Source: Phoronis australis (lineage: Eukaryota > Animalia > Phoronida). From it: a stretch of 64,000 bases of DNA. Each line of letters begins with the position of its first letter. Position 1 is the first letter of the stretch. A program made the position numbers and the translations under genes. Below the pieces are notes generated by a model. It was not told where the DNA came from. It searched no databases and saw only the letters and a program-made list of their open reading frames with translations. Below, in pieces: positions 30,201 to 43,274 of the stretch. The stretch is from contig NMRA01000044.1 in assembly GCA_002633005.1 (NCBI GenBank), forward strand, positions 260,182-324,181, written 5' to 3'.

Positions 30201-33200
30201 GTCATAATAGTGACAGAGATGTCATCACAAAACATCCGAATACATTTGGTCCATAGTGCTACCATAGGTAAAGCCAAAAAATATAGTTGGTTCAGGTCTC
30301 AATCTACCCATCTCATTTTGAAACATGTGCTTAACAAGTTAAAACAAAATAAAAATCGTATCAATTTCAGCCACGTCATTATTGCTTGCCTCAGGCATGT
30401 TTTCTTTTCAGAGAACACGGACAACTAAAATATGATGCATCATCGATTCGATTTTCCAAACAAAAACACCACCAACCATATTTTTTGGCTTAACAAGGAA
30501 AACTATATCACACAATAGAAAATAAACTTAAAAGGTGCCACCCTCAAAACAAGAACCAAGAGGATGGTAAAGATGCACAAAGTTTCAAAATCAACTGCAT
30601 AAACGGTCTCGTGCCTTTAATTAAAATATTTACAAAAATCAATTCTTCGTCTTGTGAAACTAAGAGCTGTCATCAATTAATTCATAATTCATTAGGCAGT
30701 CCGAGACAAAATTGACGAGCAGATTAAATTCCTACGCACAGCTGATCAGCAAATGAAGTCGTGTGACTCACTAGCAGTCACTCACTCACACACACAAGAG
30801 ACAACTCTGCATCATGGCTGTGTTTAATCTCTCAACTTAACAAAACACCTTGACAAAAGGGCTTGACATTGCAGCCCAGCAAATATGCCTTCAGGGGTTT
30901 ACTCAGTGATATGTTAGATACCCCAGTTCCTGCTGCTTTGTTTTAAACAGGGAAAAGTGATTAGTCCAAGCCACACTGCAGACACACTGGTGCCAGACTA
31001 GACAATATGTTACCTGGAAACTTGCCTGCAATGAAAACAGAACAGGTATCATTAAACAGTTCAGTTTCACGTAGCCACAGTAACCAACCAGTATAGTCAA
31101 TTAATAGACACTGTTCGAAAGTGGTCACTGAAAGACTATTTGTGACCTTCTTAGTGACAAATTAATTTTCTTTAGTCAGACCACAAAGAATTTTCAGTCT
31201 GACAACAGCATATACCAGATAAAACATTTCTTACATTTTTGGTATATAAATCAGTAAAAATAGCTTAAAATTACAGGATGATGTTACCCCATGCAAATTT
31301 CAACATTAATTTACAAAATGATGAATAACCACTTTCCAAACACCAATCAGCCGTATTTACCCACAATGCTGCGTATTTACCCACAATACCGTGTATTTAC
31401 TCACAATGCTCTGTATTTACCCACAATACCGTGTATTTACTCACAATGCTGCATATTTACCCACAATGCTGCATAGTGCATATTTACCCACAATGCTGCG
31501 TATTTACCCACAATGCTGCGTATTTACCCACAATGCTCTGTATTTACCCACAATACCGCGTATTTATTCACAATGCTGCATATTTACCTAAAATCTTGTG
31601 CCACAGTTGTACGCAGCGACCGTGTTAATCACTATTTTGCATTAACACAAGTTTTCCATTTTCACAAGAAAATTTCATTTTGCATAGCAATTGCAAACAC
31701 ATACATTGTTCTTCACTTGTGCCACTAGGCTCAGAAGTGTGTGAACCCCTTATCTATGGAGAACTTAAGGTCAATAATATGTGTTTTCCTACCTCCACAA
31801 AAGGGAAGAAAGAGTTAAATACGGGATGTTGGAATTCAAGAATATCAGATAAAAACACATAAGCACAGGTGTAGCGTAAGTCAGTCACAGTATAATGCTA
31901 AAATTGGTTTAACGTTTCGTTTCGTTCGTTTCGTGGTGTAATTTCTGAAGGGCATAAATTATGTACAGCTAACATTTTGCTTCAGCTTAAATAATAAAAA
32001 ATGAAGGCAACAATCACAACAGACCTTATGCACGCAGTCACCATTTTAAAATGAGCCTCTTTTTAGGTTAAAAAACAATGCATTTGAGACATAAATATAA
32101 TGAGGCACGCGAACAAAAAAAATAATCACACTTTGTGTTATGACTAAGCGCAAAATGCATTGTTTTTAAAACCTAAAAGAGGCTCACTTTTAAAATGTCG
32201 ACTGCGTGAATAAGGCGTATACTGATATTTTGACAGTTTTTGCTAATTTCTCAACACATATATAGCAAGCAAATTTTGTATGAATTTTGCTTAAACTTAA
32301 GCATGGTGTATCCAATTAGATGTGAAAATTTCTAATATACAAATGTATAACATTTCTTCAAGTCACTGGCAAGACACTTTTATTCTCCCAAGACAATAAA
32401 AGAACATAATTGGTAACTCATTTCCAGACTCACTCTAATTCAATTACTTTTGAAATTTCCATATGCTCTTGCAACTGACCATTTAACTACCGTAATCGTT
32501 CGGGTTAACGCCCATGCTCAGTTAACCGCCCTCCCCCGATTTTTTGGATTCGCCAATTTAACCGCTCAGGGCGTTAACCCGAACGATTACGGTAATATCT
32601 TCAGATTTGTGGACATTGCGACCAATGTCTTTAAAGATGAAATAATAAATATTTGAAGACAACAAAAACAAGGTTCAAACACAAACAGCGCATCCTGTGT
32701 GGTAAAAAATGACTCACGCTTTATTTAACCACTGTTCAGTGATATAGACATTAATGTTTGAATTGTGATCAAATCTGAGCCAGCCAGATAATTGTGTTGG
32801 GGCTGTGGCTAACAACAGACAAGAGACACCACACTCTGCCCCATTACCTGAGGCCACTCACACACCTGAGCAGAGTGAACTAAAACTGATCTGGCCAACA
32901 ACTTGTAGATAACAGTGGAAGAGACAGACAAGAGTTTGTTTATTGTTCCACCATGACAACAGAGGTTGCTGATTAAAATAGTTGCTTAAGAGTGAAACCA
33001 CAATATCACCTAGGAGAGGACAGAAAATGATTGTACCAATCGTCAATATACGAAAAAAATATGACATACACAAATGTGGAATTTTATTTTCCATAAAATA
33101 TAACTAATACCATAAAGCATTAATTATTAACTAATTAATTAATTAAAGACTTCTCCCATGGCTACCACCAGTTGTTTTAGATTTTGATAACATTCAGTAT

Positions 33201-36200
33201 AAGAAGTTAGCAACAGATCAATTCTGGCATAGTTTTGTCTTAAATAGATGAGATTTCAAAACAACAAACAGAAAATTGTAACTGGTGAGATTAAATTGTA
33301 ACAAATAGAAAAATGTAATTGAATACAGCTCAGATAAAAAAGTGTAACAGCAACACTCATGTTTTTGAACAGTACAACTATTAACAGTCAAGACGGAAAA
33401 AATGACTATACGTTTCACAAACATCCACAGAGTATGACATGGGTTTTCTCAATAAATTTCCCATTCCATTACCCAAAAGTAAACTCCTTGAAATGTTTGC
33501 CTCTAAAACCACAACTTTGACAGCAAAATATACACTTTAGAAAGGCTCTATTTCCCAGGTTTCAGAAGAGTGCAATGTGATAGCCAATCCACACCACAGG
33601 GCCAATACAATTTGTGTCAAAAACAGACCGTGGAATATTTTCAAATGTTTGAAATGGAAAAAAAAATCAAGCAGTTGACCTGTCAATTAATGTAAACAGG
33701 AAATAGAGAAATATTGAGATCAACAGAAGGTTCAAACCACAAAACAAACAAGAGAATCTTGCAATGAGAAATCTTGGCTTGTGCAATGGAACTACAGTAC
33801 AAATTCTGCACTTTGGGACACTGAAATTCAAGCCAAAATTGAACTTTAAAGATACTGAACATAAGGACATGGTCAATTTTGGCATTCACCATATTTCTGA
33901 AATATTGGACACTGTGCTGTGTATAAATGGCGTCTGTACGTAAGACTTGGCAGTTCATAAAATTGTTGGAATTAGTTGGCAGGCAACGTTATAATTGTTT
34001 CCCCATAGTGCATATCATCGAGGTGAATGATCGTTTGTTGTTTTCGTAATTCTGGAATTTGGGATGACCAACAATGGGCATTTTTAAAACTTGGTACAAA
34101 GTCCAATCTTGTGCAGAATGATTTGCACTGTCCTAAACTGGATTTTTTTACCGTGATGAGCATTATGGATGCATTTTTTTACCGTGATGAGCATTATGGA
34201 TGCATGGGAACTGTTAACTCCCACAATTCATCACTCTATACAACTATCCAACCATAATTCATCACCCTGTATGCTGTATGACTATCAAATCACTTCGGAG
34301 GTGACCATCTTGCCTGTGTACCAGGGATTGGGATCAGCTTCTGTCTAAACAATCTAGCAGTAAACTGGAGTGATGTCTGCAACACACACAAGAACCTAGC
34401 AAAGCATGTTGAGCACATCTACTTTATGCCCGAGATGTTCATCGGTGAATCACACTTGGAAGTTTGAATGTCTCAGAACAACGACATGCTCACTGACAAG
34501 TTAAAATTATTGTTCTTGAAATAGAGAAAATCTGATTGTTGCAACCCACATAAAAATTTTACAATAAAGCCTGTATTTCACCATGTTTAGTGGGCTAAAA
34601 AATAAAATCGCAAATTGGGCCTTTTACTCTCATAAAATCAATTCCACAATTTTCCTCAACATCATAAAATTCTATTTCTGTTACGAACAAGTCACTGGGA
34701 GGGCTATAGTCCCCCACTTTTTTTCAGTGCTATGCCGCACATGGTCTAAAGGCGATGTACCGCAGGGGGCTGAGGGGGCTTTAGCCCCCCCCCCACTTTT
34801 TCCAGTGCTGCGCCGCCCAAGTATTGGAAACCCAGATAGTATACTGTCATGGTAAGGAATACTACGAGATAGGTTTTAAGAGAGTAAAAACCCAATTCGG
34901 TTTTAGCCAGCTAAACAGGGTGAAATGCCTCATTCAGAAAGCTGCAATAAAAATGGGCACAGCACACCATGACTAATATTTTCGAAAATATGCAATCAAG
35001 TCAGGCAATGCCTGTGCATTCAAAGCCCACTAACCAATTAGCTAATCCATGACAAACCTAATCTAGCGCGTTATCTAATATGACAAGGAAATCTTATTAT
35101 TACAGAGTTCTATGAAATATGGAATAGTAACGCCTCTTCTCTGCCCCTACACACAATTATCACTGCACGTTTTCTTGAGGTCACCAGATTTTCTGAATAA
35201 ACTACACTAGATCAGAGCATTAAAGTAATTAGACAAATCCAGAAAATTAATCTGCTTACTTAGACTTTTGTCCTACCGTAAACGTTCGGGTTAACGCCCA
35301 TGCTCAGTTAACCGCCCACCCCCTACTTTAGGTAGATTTTCGATTTAACCGCCCACTGCTCGGTTAAGCACCCCCCTGCTATTTTTGAAGATTTCCAGTT
35401 AAGCGCCCACCTCTCGGTTAAGCGCCCATCCCCGACTTTTAAAGAATGCAGATTTAGCGCCCAGTGCTAAGGAAACGCGCGATTCCCCGACTTTTAGAAA
35501 AAGATCGATGATCACTGTGAGCGCAACGACGCCGGGCCTCCGAGACGGTGGTTTAGAAATGTGAATTGCAATTATACAAGTAACGAGTTATTGTCTTGGG
35601 TCATGAACTCACTTCAAAATATTATACTTGAACGTTTTTGTCACTTTATTTTCTTCCCATGTTTGCAAAGTTTAAGAACGCTGCCGGCGTCAAAACCTCC
35701 GCTTTCAGCGACTTTGTCTGCCGCGCTGAGTTTTCGTCTGCAGTGCACTTGATAAAACATATATTCGAAAAAATCAGGCCAGAGAAATGAGACAATGGAA
35801 GTATATGGTCACGCCCGTTTCTGTTACTTAGGACTGTCGCTATTCTCTTTTGATGTGTGACTTGTAGTGGTGCACGCGCGCAAGTTCCCACACTTCGGAG
35901 TGCATGTTACCTTGACACCAACATGTGATTGACAGGTGACTCGCACGTAGGCCCTACGCGCGTGCTGAATCCCGCCGCTATCTTTGGCCATAAAAAACGA
36001 GATGCATATTGAAAGAGGGCGTTATATTACTTGACGGCATTTCCAAGTCACGATTGTCAGCCGACTGAGACATTGCGCGCTAACAACGGGACCGAACAGT
36101 GCCGCAGTGCGAAATTGCAAGTGGTATAAATAGGATAATCTGGACATCTTGCATGAAAAATAAATGTTTTTCCACCACGAAGTTTGGTAAGGTGATCGTT

Positions 36201-39200
36201 TATGAATTGAAACATCGCTGTTTTGTAACGTTTTATCGCATATTTATGCCGTGGCTCGAAATTTTATTCTCGATTGACGAGTGGCACACGGCCGCTTAAC
36301 TCCGATTCTTGTCTTGGGCCTACTTCTTTGCCGAGCATGTTTGGCGCAACGGCAAGTGAGCGATGCCGGGCAGTCGAGATAAAACAGCAAGCCAAAGAAC
36401 CATACGCTGAAAATGTCATTGCGTCACGGAGTGTTGACTATAAACATCCCAAACACAAAAACATCTGAATTAAGGTTTTCAAACTTTTATTACAACCAAT
36501 TTTAAAACTGCTCTCTGACTATGAACTTGGCAGCTAGTACGACTGTAACCATAAATCTGATGTCTGCTTTGACCTCTGCAACACGTGAAGCTTGCACGCG
36601 CGCACTTTAGCAAGATGAAATAGTTGCAATCCAAGTAGAGGCTGCGTGGTCACTGGTCGTCTGCGACTCTGCGCTCTACACTACAGGGCTAAATAACAAG
36701 ACTGCAGGACTGCACGGGGCTATTACTCAGCAATTCTGTAAATTTAATAGTGAATAACTAATCTGAGGGCATGACAACCTTTGTTAGGATCATCCGCTGT
36801 TATGACATTCTTCCCGTCATGTGGCGACGTGACGATAACGCTCTTTGAAAAGTGCTACGCGTTCCAAGTAGGCCTACGACTACGTGTGTGGTGTGGGTAC
36901 TTAGATCACGAGGTAAGATTAACCGCCCAGGGCGCTTGCCTGTCATAATAAGCGCCCATGTTCGGTTAACCGCCCACCCTGGATTTTTTGAAGTTTCACG
37001 TTTGAGCGCCCATGTCTGGTTAACCGCCCACCCCCCATTTTTTGGGTTTGCCAATTTAACCGCCCAGGGCGTTAACCCGAACGTTTACGGTAATTACAGT
37101 ATGAAACAGCAAGAGGGTACTCGTATGAAACATCAAGAGGGTACTTGAATAGATGAGCTAAACAGGATGGTCTAATCACTTGTGCCCTGTACTCACATTG
37201 CACACGACTTTGTATTCTTGTAATCTATTGTTCTCTACGACTAATTGGTGTTCTTGATCGACTTTTGAGCTTAGCACTCGCATACAAGTCGTCGGCTGAA
37301 GTAGAGCAGGCCTCATTTTGCTCCGATTTCTGATCGACTCGGGAGGAATCCAACATATATCACTTTCTGTCTACTGTATACACGCTCTGATTGTTGTATT
37401 AAAGTCACCGTACACTAGTGCTTCAAAAACCAGCCTATGCAGACAAGATTTCAAAGCCCCTTATTCACTTGAACCTTAGTTTTCCCGCTTATAAGAACAA
37501 AAAGCCCATTATTCACCTACCTTAGTTTTCCCACTTACAAGAACAAGTATGGCAAAGTTTTCTCCAATTCGAACAAAAATAATGGTCAAACCTCATTTTT
37601 TTATTTTTCAAACATCCACTGTATTCAGCCAAAATGTTCAAAAAACCATACACTAAGATTTTAAATAACCAAGTAAAATTGTCTTCTTTCTTACTCAAGT
37701 TGAAATTTTTGCCACATGGTGTTCTACCTTGAAGATAAGCTTTTCCAGATATTTAATAAAATTCTGAACTTGCTTCCTATTCAGTTTATAAGTAATTTCT
37801 GGGCTTGGGATGATCTGAAACTTGCTATTTATAACTGAGCTTAATAAGTCAACCTTTAAAAATAAAGCAAAGGAGGAAGATTTCTCTGTATGAAAACTGG
37901 TTTAAGAGCCAACAAACTCTTGTAGTTGTTCAGGCAAATGAAATTTATTTTTTGTTCTTTCATGAGAGATCTGTCACACCAAATAAATGCTTTATTAAAC
38001 CATTATTGAATTCTATTCCATGGTAACCATCAGATGTTGTGAAATCGTGTGACAGGGCGATAACAACGTCAGCAGCCATTCAAAAATGAGAAAGATCAGT
38101 TCTGGCAAATATTTAACAACAAACTGTAAGATTTCACCTTATTATGAACAATTTTAATCTCAATTCTGACAAAAGCATAAGAATACAACCATGTTATTCG
38201 AAGCATAAATATACAATTGGATAAGGGCATTTTTAACATCAAAACCAGCGGGCACGTGAACACACTCAGTGTGGTGAAAAAACTTCAAAACTTCAAGAGT
38301 TCCAGGCATTCTCAAAAAATAATATTCAGAGATAGTAACAAATTCTTAAAATAATATAAAAGCTGTTGCATCAGGGAAGTTGTGAGACGCACTGTACAAA
38401 TTCAATCAATCATTTGGGTGGTCGACCAGAGCCAGACATATTCCAATAATTAAGCAATTAGGGAAAAAACAACAAAAAATCTTTAAAGATCGACAGTTTA
38501 TCAGCAACAGCTCTTGGCTTACGTCAGATCCAGCCAGACAATCATTCATTAAAAAACAGACCAAGTCTACTGTATGAGAAAAGAGAGACTGAGATAACAC
38601 CGGCAATTAACGGATTTTGAGAAAAACAGGCCATCGAAATTAATTCAGCCAAGGCTCTAGGCTCAGACCATGACCAGTGGGGGTCTGACAATGGATAGAT
38701 ACGGGGAAAGTTTGAAAGAGCACTCAACAGCAGAGTTTAGGCACTAAAGAGACCAGCAGAAGGGTCTCAGTCCTCTGAATCCACATCTCACGCTTTATAA
38801 AAAATCATCTCATTACAGAGGGTGGAGGCTGAAATTTAAAATCATCAATTTCACAGTAAACATGTAGATTTAACAGTGGAGCCTCATCATCCCTTCAATA
38901 CAGTGTGAAAAGTTAACATCAGTGTGATCAGGAGACAATGATGACAATAACAGCACACGAGTTATCATTTGGTCATCTTATTCAGACATTCACCATTCTA
39001 CTAATTTGAGGGGAACTTCACTTCATTTACAGTAATCCTGATTTCTGAAACACATACATGTATGATTATTCACACCAAATGCATAATGTTTTCGCGATGC
39101 CATCTGGCGATAACTTCGATGACCTGAGCACCAACAAGCTACAACGAACTACCTAGTCGGTTAACAACTGACAACATCTGAAAGTTTTAAATTAACTTTG

Positions 39201-42200
39201 CAGCTTACATCAACGCTTTTCCTTTATCAAAACAGCGAACAATTAAATTGTATTGTTAAGCAATCTCTTCCGTAATAAATCCCACGACAGCATTATTGCC
39301 ATACCACACCTGGTAGCGGCCACCACCTCACTCCACTAAAAGGAAGACATGGCCAATTTTGTTAAGTTCTAATTTCGACAAGCATACATGCTTGTATATT
39401 GACGAAAACAGAATGTCTTCCACTGAGGACTCATTACAAAGTAAAACAAAAAACAGCTCATTCCCATTAGCAAAACCACAAGCAGAAATATCAATTACAG
39501 TCATGTAACATTAGGTGCCGCAGATAAATAAAAAACACACATGGAGAAAATAAGTTTTGTCAATTTCAAGAAAACGCTAATGTATGCGGCCTCCGGCGGT
39601 GTGGCGACATCATTTACGTATAACTGCTGGTAGATTCTTGCCGCTTAGCAAGCTACTGTTAACCCTTATGGACATTATGAAATATCAATATGTAATTGTA
39701 AAAATAGCTGGACCTTGAAAAGTATTCATTAGCTCTGTCAATCAGGTATACCAATGGAGTTTCTCAGTCGATATATTTAGAAAAATCAAGTTGATGACGT
39801 TTCACTCAAGGACTACCAGACTTTCCATCAGGAGTTGTTACACAGATGAAGTACTGTCTCTGTCTGAAGAGAAATATTTCTTGTGTCAAATCTTGTAGGA
39901 GTGAGATCAGCACTACTTCACACCTGATGCAATTCTCGCCTTCTGCACGAGTATGTTTCGCACTGATCACTCTCCCATGCCGGGAGCTACGAAATAGCGT
40001 CACACCTCCAGATATGGCAGACAGGTCAGCAGCCTCACTTTCGCTCCTATGGAGATTCAAATGTTACCATCTGCCGTCTGAGAATTTATTATTTCATATC
40101 ATATTTTAAGTCATGTTACTGCTGCAATACTGGTTCCAGGAAGTGGAATAAGCTGGATAAATATTTATGGATGCGGGATGTTAATTTCATCTCTCCCGAC
40201 AATAAATTCCATGATCAGCTGACACCACTGTAAAAATGTGCCTGTCGGGTGCACAGCGCCACCGTTGTATAATCGCTATAATTTTACCTCACAGCCGAGA
40301 AGAGCGGTACTCGGTGGGAGTGCAGAATACAGGAATTAATACTCAAAATTATGTTCATCTGGGACTTTATTTAAGATCTAAAAAATAAATTATTTCACCC
40401 TCATTGATCACAAAAGCATTCTCCTTAACAAAAATATTCTTTACTATTACCGTAAAATCTAATCAATTTTAGACGAAACATTAATAGCCAAAATTGGTCC
40501 GTTTTCAATTTTCAAGGTGGTATGTTATATATCTGCCAGTCAAAATGAACACATTTTGTGACTTTGTAATTTGCAAGATGGTCATAATTTCTCAAAATAC
40601 AATTTCTCAAAATATTCCGTCAGGTGTTGGGGACTTCCACAACTTGAACGTGGAAAGGCATTAATTTGGAGCCGCGTATATTTATGCAAATAATAGGAAA
40701 TAACTTTTCACTTGTCCTCCATATTGCGTCCTAAATGCGAAAGATTTTACTGTACACTTCTTTTCCCCAAAGCTTGGAATTCTACGTTAGCACAAGCAAA
40801 GTGCAAATCTATTTCGTTTTTTTGTGAAATGCCTTAAAGACAACTATGCTAATGCATCGCAGGAACAAAACAACAATGCTATTTGAAAATCATGTACCCT
40901 AAACAAAGTGCAGTTGTATTCACTGACAACTTGTAAATGTGAAAAGAAAAAAAATCTGCAAATAGGTGACCTTTGCACTAATGACGTACGTTGGGGGCTC
41001 ACATAGCCCACATCATGCAGTGTTGTTCCCCAACATCATGACATGATACTTACTGGACATGGCCGAGTGATTTACGGAGGATCATTTGCGACACAAATAT
41101 CGAAACACGTTTCGCACTTTTCAACCTATTTCATGCACACATCGTTGTGGTGTTTCTAACTAATTTGACCAAGCATTTCAAGCAAGGAACTAGAATGCAA
41201 ATTCCACTTTAAACTTCTTGCTTCATCTTCGAAATTTAAAAGCTAAAAGTCAGAATATGCTTCTAATAAAAAATTCAATTCTTACCAAGTGGCTGGCTTC
41301 ACTAAATTGTATAAGCTGGGACTTGTGACCAGTTGTACGTTTTAATGCAAGTCTCTGTATAGATTCTCCATATAAAAAGTTGTAATGTTACGACATATTC
41401 ATGAATCAGGTAAACGTCTGGCAAGGAAATGATGGGTTTTATACTGCACTAGAGAAAAACTATGAAACCTATAAGGATTTAGCGGGCGCTTAGCGATATG
41501 GACAGAAATGAGGATGATTTCCATCTTGTCTTCGTCGAGTAAACAACATGTTGTTTCCATCCCGCATGATGCAAAAATTTAACCCACTGAGGGAGGTGTC
41601 AACCACAAGACTTTGAAATAATCTGAGGTAATTTTGCTTAATTTCTTATGAAAGGTTCAAAAAAACCATACACTACCACAAATAGTCAGATTTCAAAACC
41701 TAGTTTAACGATCTAGGGAGAATGGTAATCATATGGAATTTAGTATAAGTGAGCAATAGCCAATCAAAACCTAACAAACTACGTAACCTTGTTTCATAAA
41801 TTTCTCATGACTAACTCATCATTTCCGCAAGCGGCTCATCGAAACGGAACTGGATCATTTGCATGGAAAAAGATTGACAGCAAAACACATTCGCTACATT
41901 ACTTCGTTGATCCAGAGATTTTCTGTGCAAACAACTGGTGTTGTTTTTCTAAACATAGCACATACTTGTCAATTTGCAACAAGCACACAAATTTATCAAA
42001 CAGATTTGCCGTGGGTGGGAAGCAAATGAATTATGGAACCGAAGTTGAATGCAACCACAAGACAACTTTTTACAAGTGTGAATGTAAGAAAACGAGAATG
42101 AAGCCATACCTGTTGTTAAACACAATTAACAGACCCATAATCTGAACTGGTTATATTTAACATCAAGCTATCATTTAGCTTTCTATATTTATTGGAATAA

Positions 42201-43060
42201 CAAAGAGGTAATGATATTGCAAATGGTAACAAGGAAAATACCATTAAATCATAAAACACAACTCGGAGTTTTTCACAAAAAAAATAAAAGTTCACGTCTC
42301 GTCTGGTCTGCACCAATAAGGTACAACCTACTAGTTAAAAGTTAATTCAATTCAAATCATTTGAATGTTGCAACAACACCAGGGTCACTGAGTAAACCCC
42401 AGTCAAAACAGAAGTCACGTCCTTCTAAGAATTGTTTAAACAACACATGCAATATAAGAAAAGCTTGAGAAGTTAACAAGTTTCCAACTAGGCTTTTGAC
42501 AGTTAAGCCTCCGGGAAGAGTTATGTTAGTTATGGCCAATTATTTATTGTTAAACGCGGGCACATTGGCAGTTGTGGCGACTCCCCAATAATCTGCCGAC
42601 AGGGCGTCCAGTATAATCCCCAGCCTAAGTGAGTGGCATTCTTCGCGTTAAACAGACCTAAAAGACTTAATATCTAAAATACACTTGGAAAGAGATCGCT
42701 GCTATTATACGTCTAGTACTTAATGTAACTTGTACTAACAAAGCCGTCAACAATCACGAAGCTTTTACCATACAACTCGATGTTTGCTTTCATAACATTT
42801 TGTGCATGGCTCACTTCAAATCGACTTCTCGGGCTTATCAGATTTCGATCCCCTCTCCATGCAGATGAAACTGAAAAACACCTACCGTAGGAAGGATTGT
42901 CAGGGACTATGTGTGATAAACCAATGGCACGGCTTAAAAAATATTCTCTCGTCGACGTGCAGTCCGAAAACCTTGAGTTGGGACTAACAACAGGTGCCAG
43001 AGAACACACGATGACAAAAAACGCCGAATACATAGTCCTGAATCCAAAGAAACGCATCAT
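8544..43060 (-). CDS. Glypican, GPC3/GPC5/Dally subfamily; 5' part only (coding exons 42886-43060, 26632-26808, 8544-9247); remaining exons not found in the window
   Basis: The spliced ORF has a signal peptide and 11 of the 14 glypican cysteines (DCTS, QIC, SCC, VEC, PSC, YCSHC, KPCxxFC, RGCLA). LKLGTEVVNTT and the single ~700-nt exon 3 match the GPC3/5 type. Phases 1,1,0 are consistent. Confidence 0.95.
9487..9758. mobile_element. Degenerate MITE-like inverted-repeat element; a related end sits at ~34893-34927
   Basis: ttcaccccgtttagctggctagaaaac is imperfectly inverted to ttttagctagttaaacagagcaaaat; gttttagccagctaaacagggtgaaat near 34900 is the reverse complement of the left end. Confidence 0.45.
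11788..12294. mobile_element. PIF/Harbinger-like MITE (507 bp)
   Basis: TIR AGGGCCTTTCATACTAAC versus reverse complement AGGCCCTTTCATATTGAC, TTA on both flanks, internal repeats (tatgaacgcttaactcc). Confidence 0.75.
14866..14960. mobile_element. Degenerate solo end of the CCGTA-TIR family found at 35276-37090
   Basis: TA+CCGTAAACTCACGGGTTAAAGCCCTGGGCGCTTAAATTGG matches the reverse complement of the 37090 end. Confidence 0.65.
16797..17236. mobile_element. Old Harbinger-like MITE, copy A
   Basis: Colinear similarity with 21748-22129 (gaacagctgatc, gatacggagcaag, aaacacaactggggca, ctgatccagtttgtgat, gcaagtcacacc); degenerate TIRs. Confidence 0.65.
19468..19533. repeat. Short tandem repeat, 23-bp unit x3
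   Basis: ttcacatgccatca(a/g)atctg occurs three times. Confidence 0.8.
19821..20590. repeat. 46-bp minisatellite, about 17 copies
   Basis: Unit ACTATCACTTTAGTAGACCACTAAGTATAATTATTGGATATGGTAA head-to-tail with few substitutions. Confidence 0.97.
21748..22129. mobile_element. Old Harbinger-like MITE, copy B
   Basis: TTA flanks, degenerate TIR AGC...TTTACA; homologous to 16797-17236. Confidence 0.7.
26632..26808 (-). CDS. Glypican exon 2 (177 nt), DSNMQIC...SCCTHQME...TKQYK
   Basis: The QIC...SCCTxxME motif is typical of glypican exon 2; TTGCAG|AC acceptor, AAG|GTAAGG donor, phase 1-1. Confidence 0.93.
27244..27684. mobile_element. hAT-like MITE, copy A (441 bp)
   Basis: Perfect 13-bp TIR CAAGGCTTGGAAT...ATTCCAAGCCTTG with TTTGGG on both flanks; homologous to 54441-54911. 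Confidence 0.85.
31351..31590. repeat. 20-bp minisatellite, about 12 copies
   Basis: Unit GTATTTACCCACAATGCTGC with variants. Confidence 0.95.
32020..32221. mobile_element. ~200-bp foldback element (MITE-like)
   Basis: Imperfect arms of ~65 bp: ccttatgcacgcagtc...aaaaacaatgcattt / aaatgcattgttttt...gactgcgtgaataagg. Confidence 0.75.
32490..32592. mobile_element. 103-bp mini-MITE of the CCGTA-TIR (Tc1/mariner-pogo-like) family
   Basis: TA flanks; 24-bp TIR CCGTAATCGTTCGGGTTAACGCCC; both ends match 35276-37090. Confidence 0.9.
35276..37090. mobile_element. Non-autonomous Tc1/mariner-pogo-like DNA transposon (1815 bp)
   Basis: Perfect 24-bp TIR CCGTAAACGTTCGGGTTAACGCCC, TA TSD, subterminal arrays of TTAA(C/G)CGCCCA, CpG-rich interior, no transposase ORF recognised. 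Confidence 0.9.
40450..40752. mobile_element. Degenerate TA-flanked MITE
   Basis: TA+CCGTAAAATCT...AGATTTTACTG+TA with further partial TIR identity. Confidence 0.55.
42886..43060 (-). CDS. Glypican exon 1 (175 nt coding), signal peptide plus first Cys
   Basis: MMRFFGFRTMYSAFFVIVCSLAPVVS...DCTSTREYF...VPDNPSY; donor G|GTAGGT, phase 1. The exact start Met (43060, 43057 or 43033) is uncertain. Confidence 0.85.
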
Positions 43061-43242
43061 ATTAAGGATTTATAACTTCCAGTGATATAACAAGTAATCG
43101 TCTACTCCGTGATCACGTTTTTCAACTTTTGGCAGCCAACTGTCATTAAAAATCCGAAGTTTCAGAGAGCACCAACACTAACCCAACACCGCACACCACG
43201 ACTAACACAACAAATGATACTCAAATGCTTTCTCATAGTCAA

Positions 43243-43274
43243 CTTTGATTGGTTAAAGATCTAATGACGTCATT
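43243..43274. promoter_or_regulatory. Candidate glypican proximal promoter motifs: TCF/LEF CTTTGAT overlapping a CCAAT box, plus a full CRE
   Basis: CTTTGAT 43243-49, ATTGG 43248-52, palindrome AATGACGTCATT 43263-74, about 200 bp upstream of the ATG; GC-box-like GGGCGG near 43470. Confidence 0.5.

Noticed and set aside
31291-31728. Overlapping repetitive ORFs
   Set aside because: Produced by the 20-bp minisatellite.
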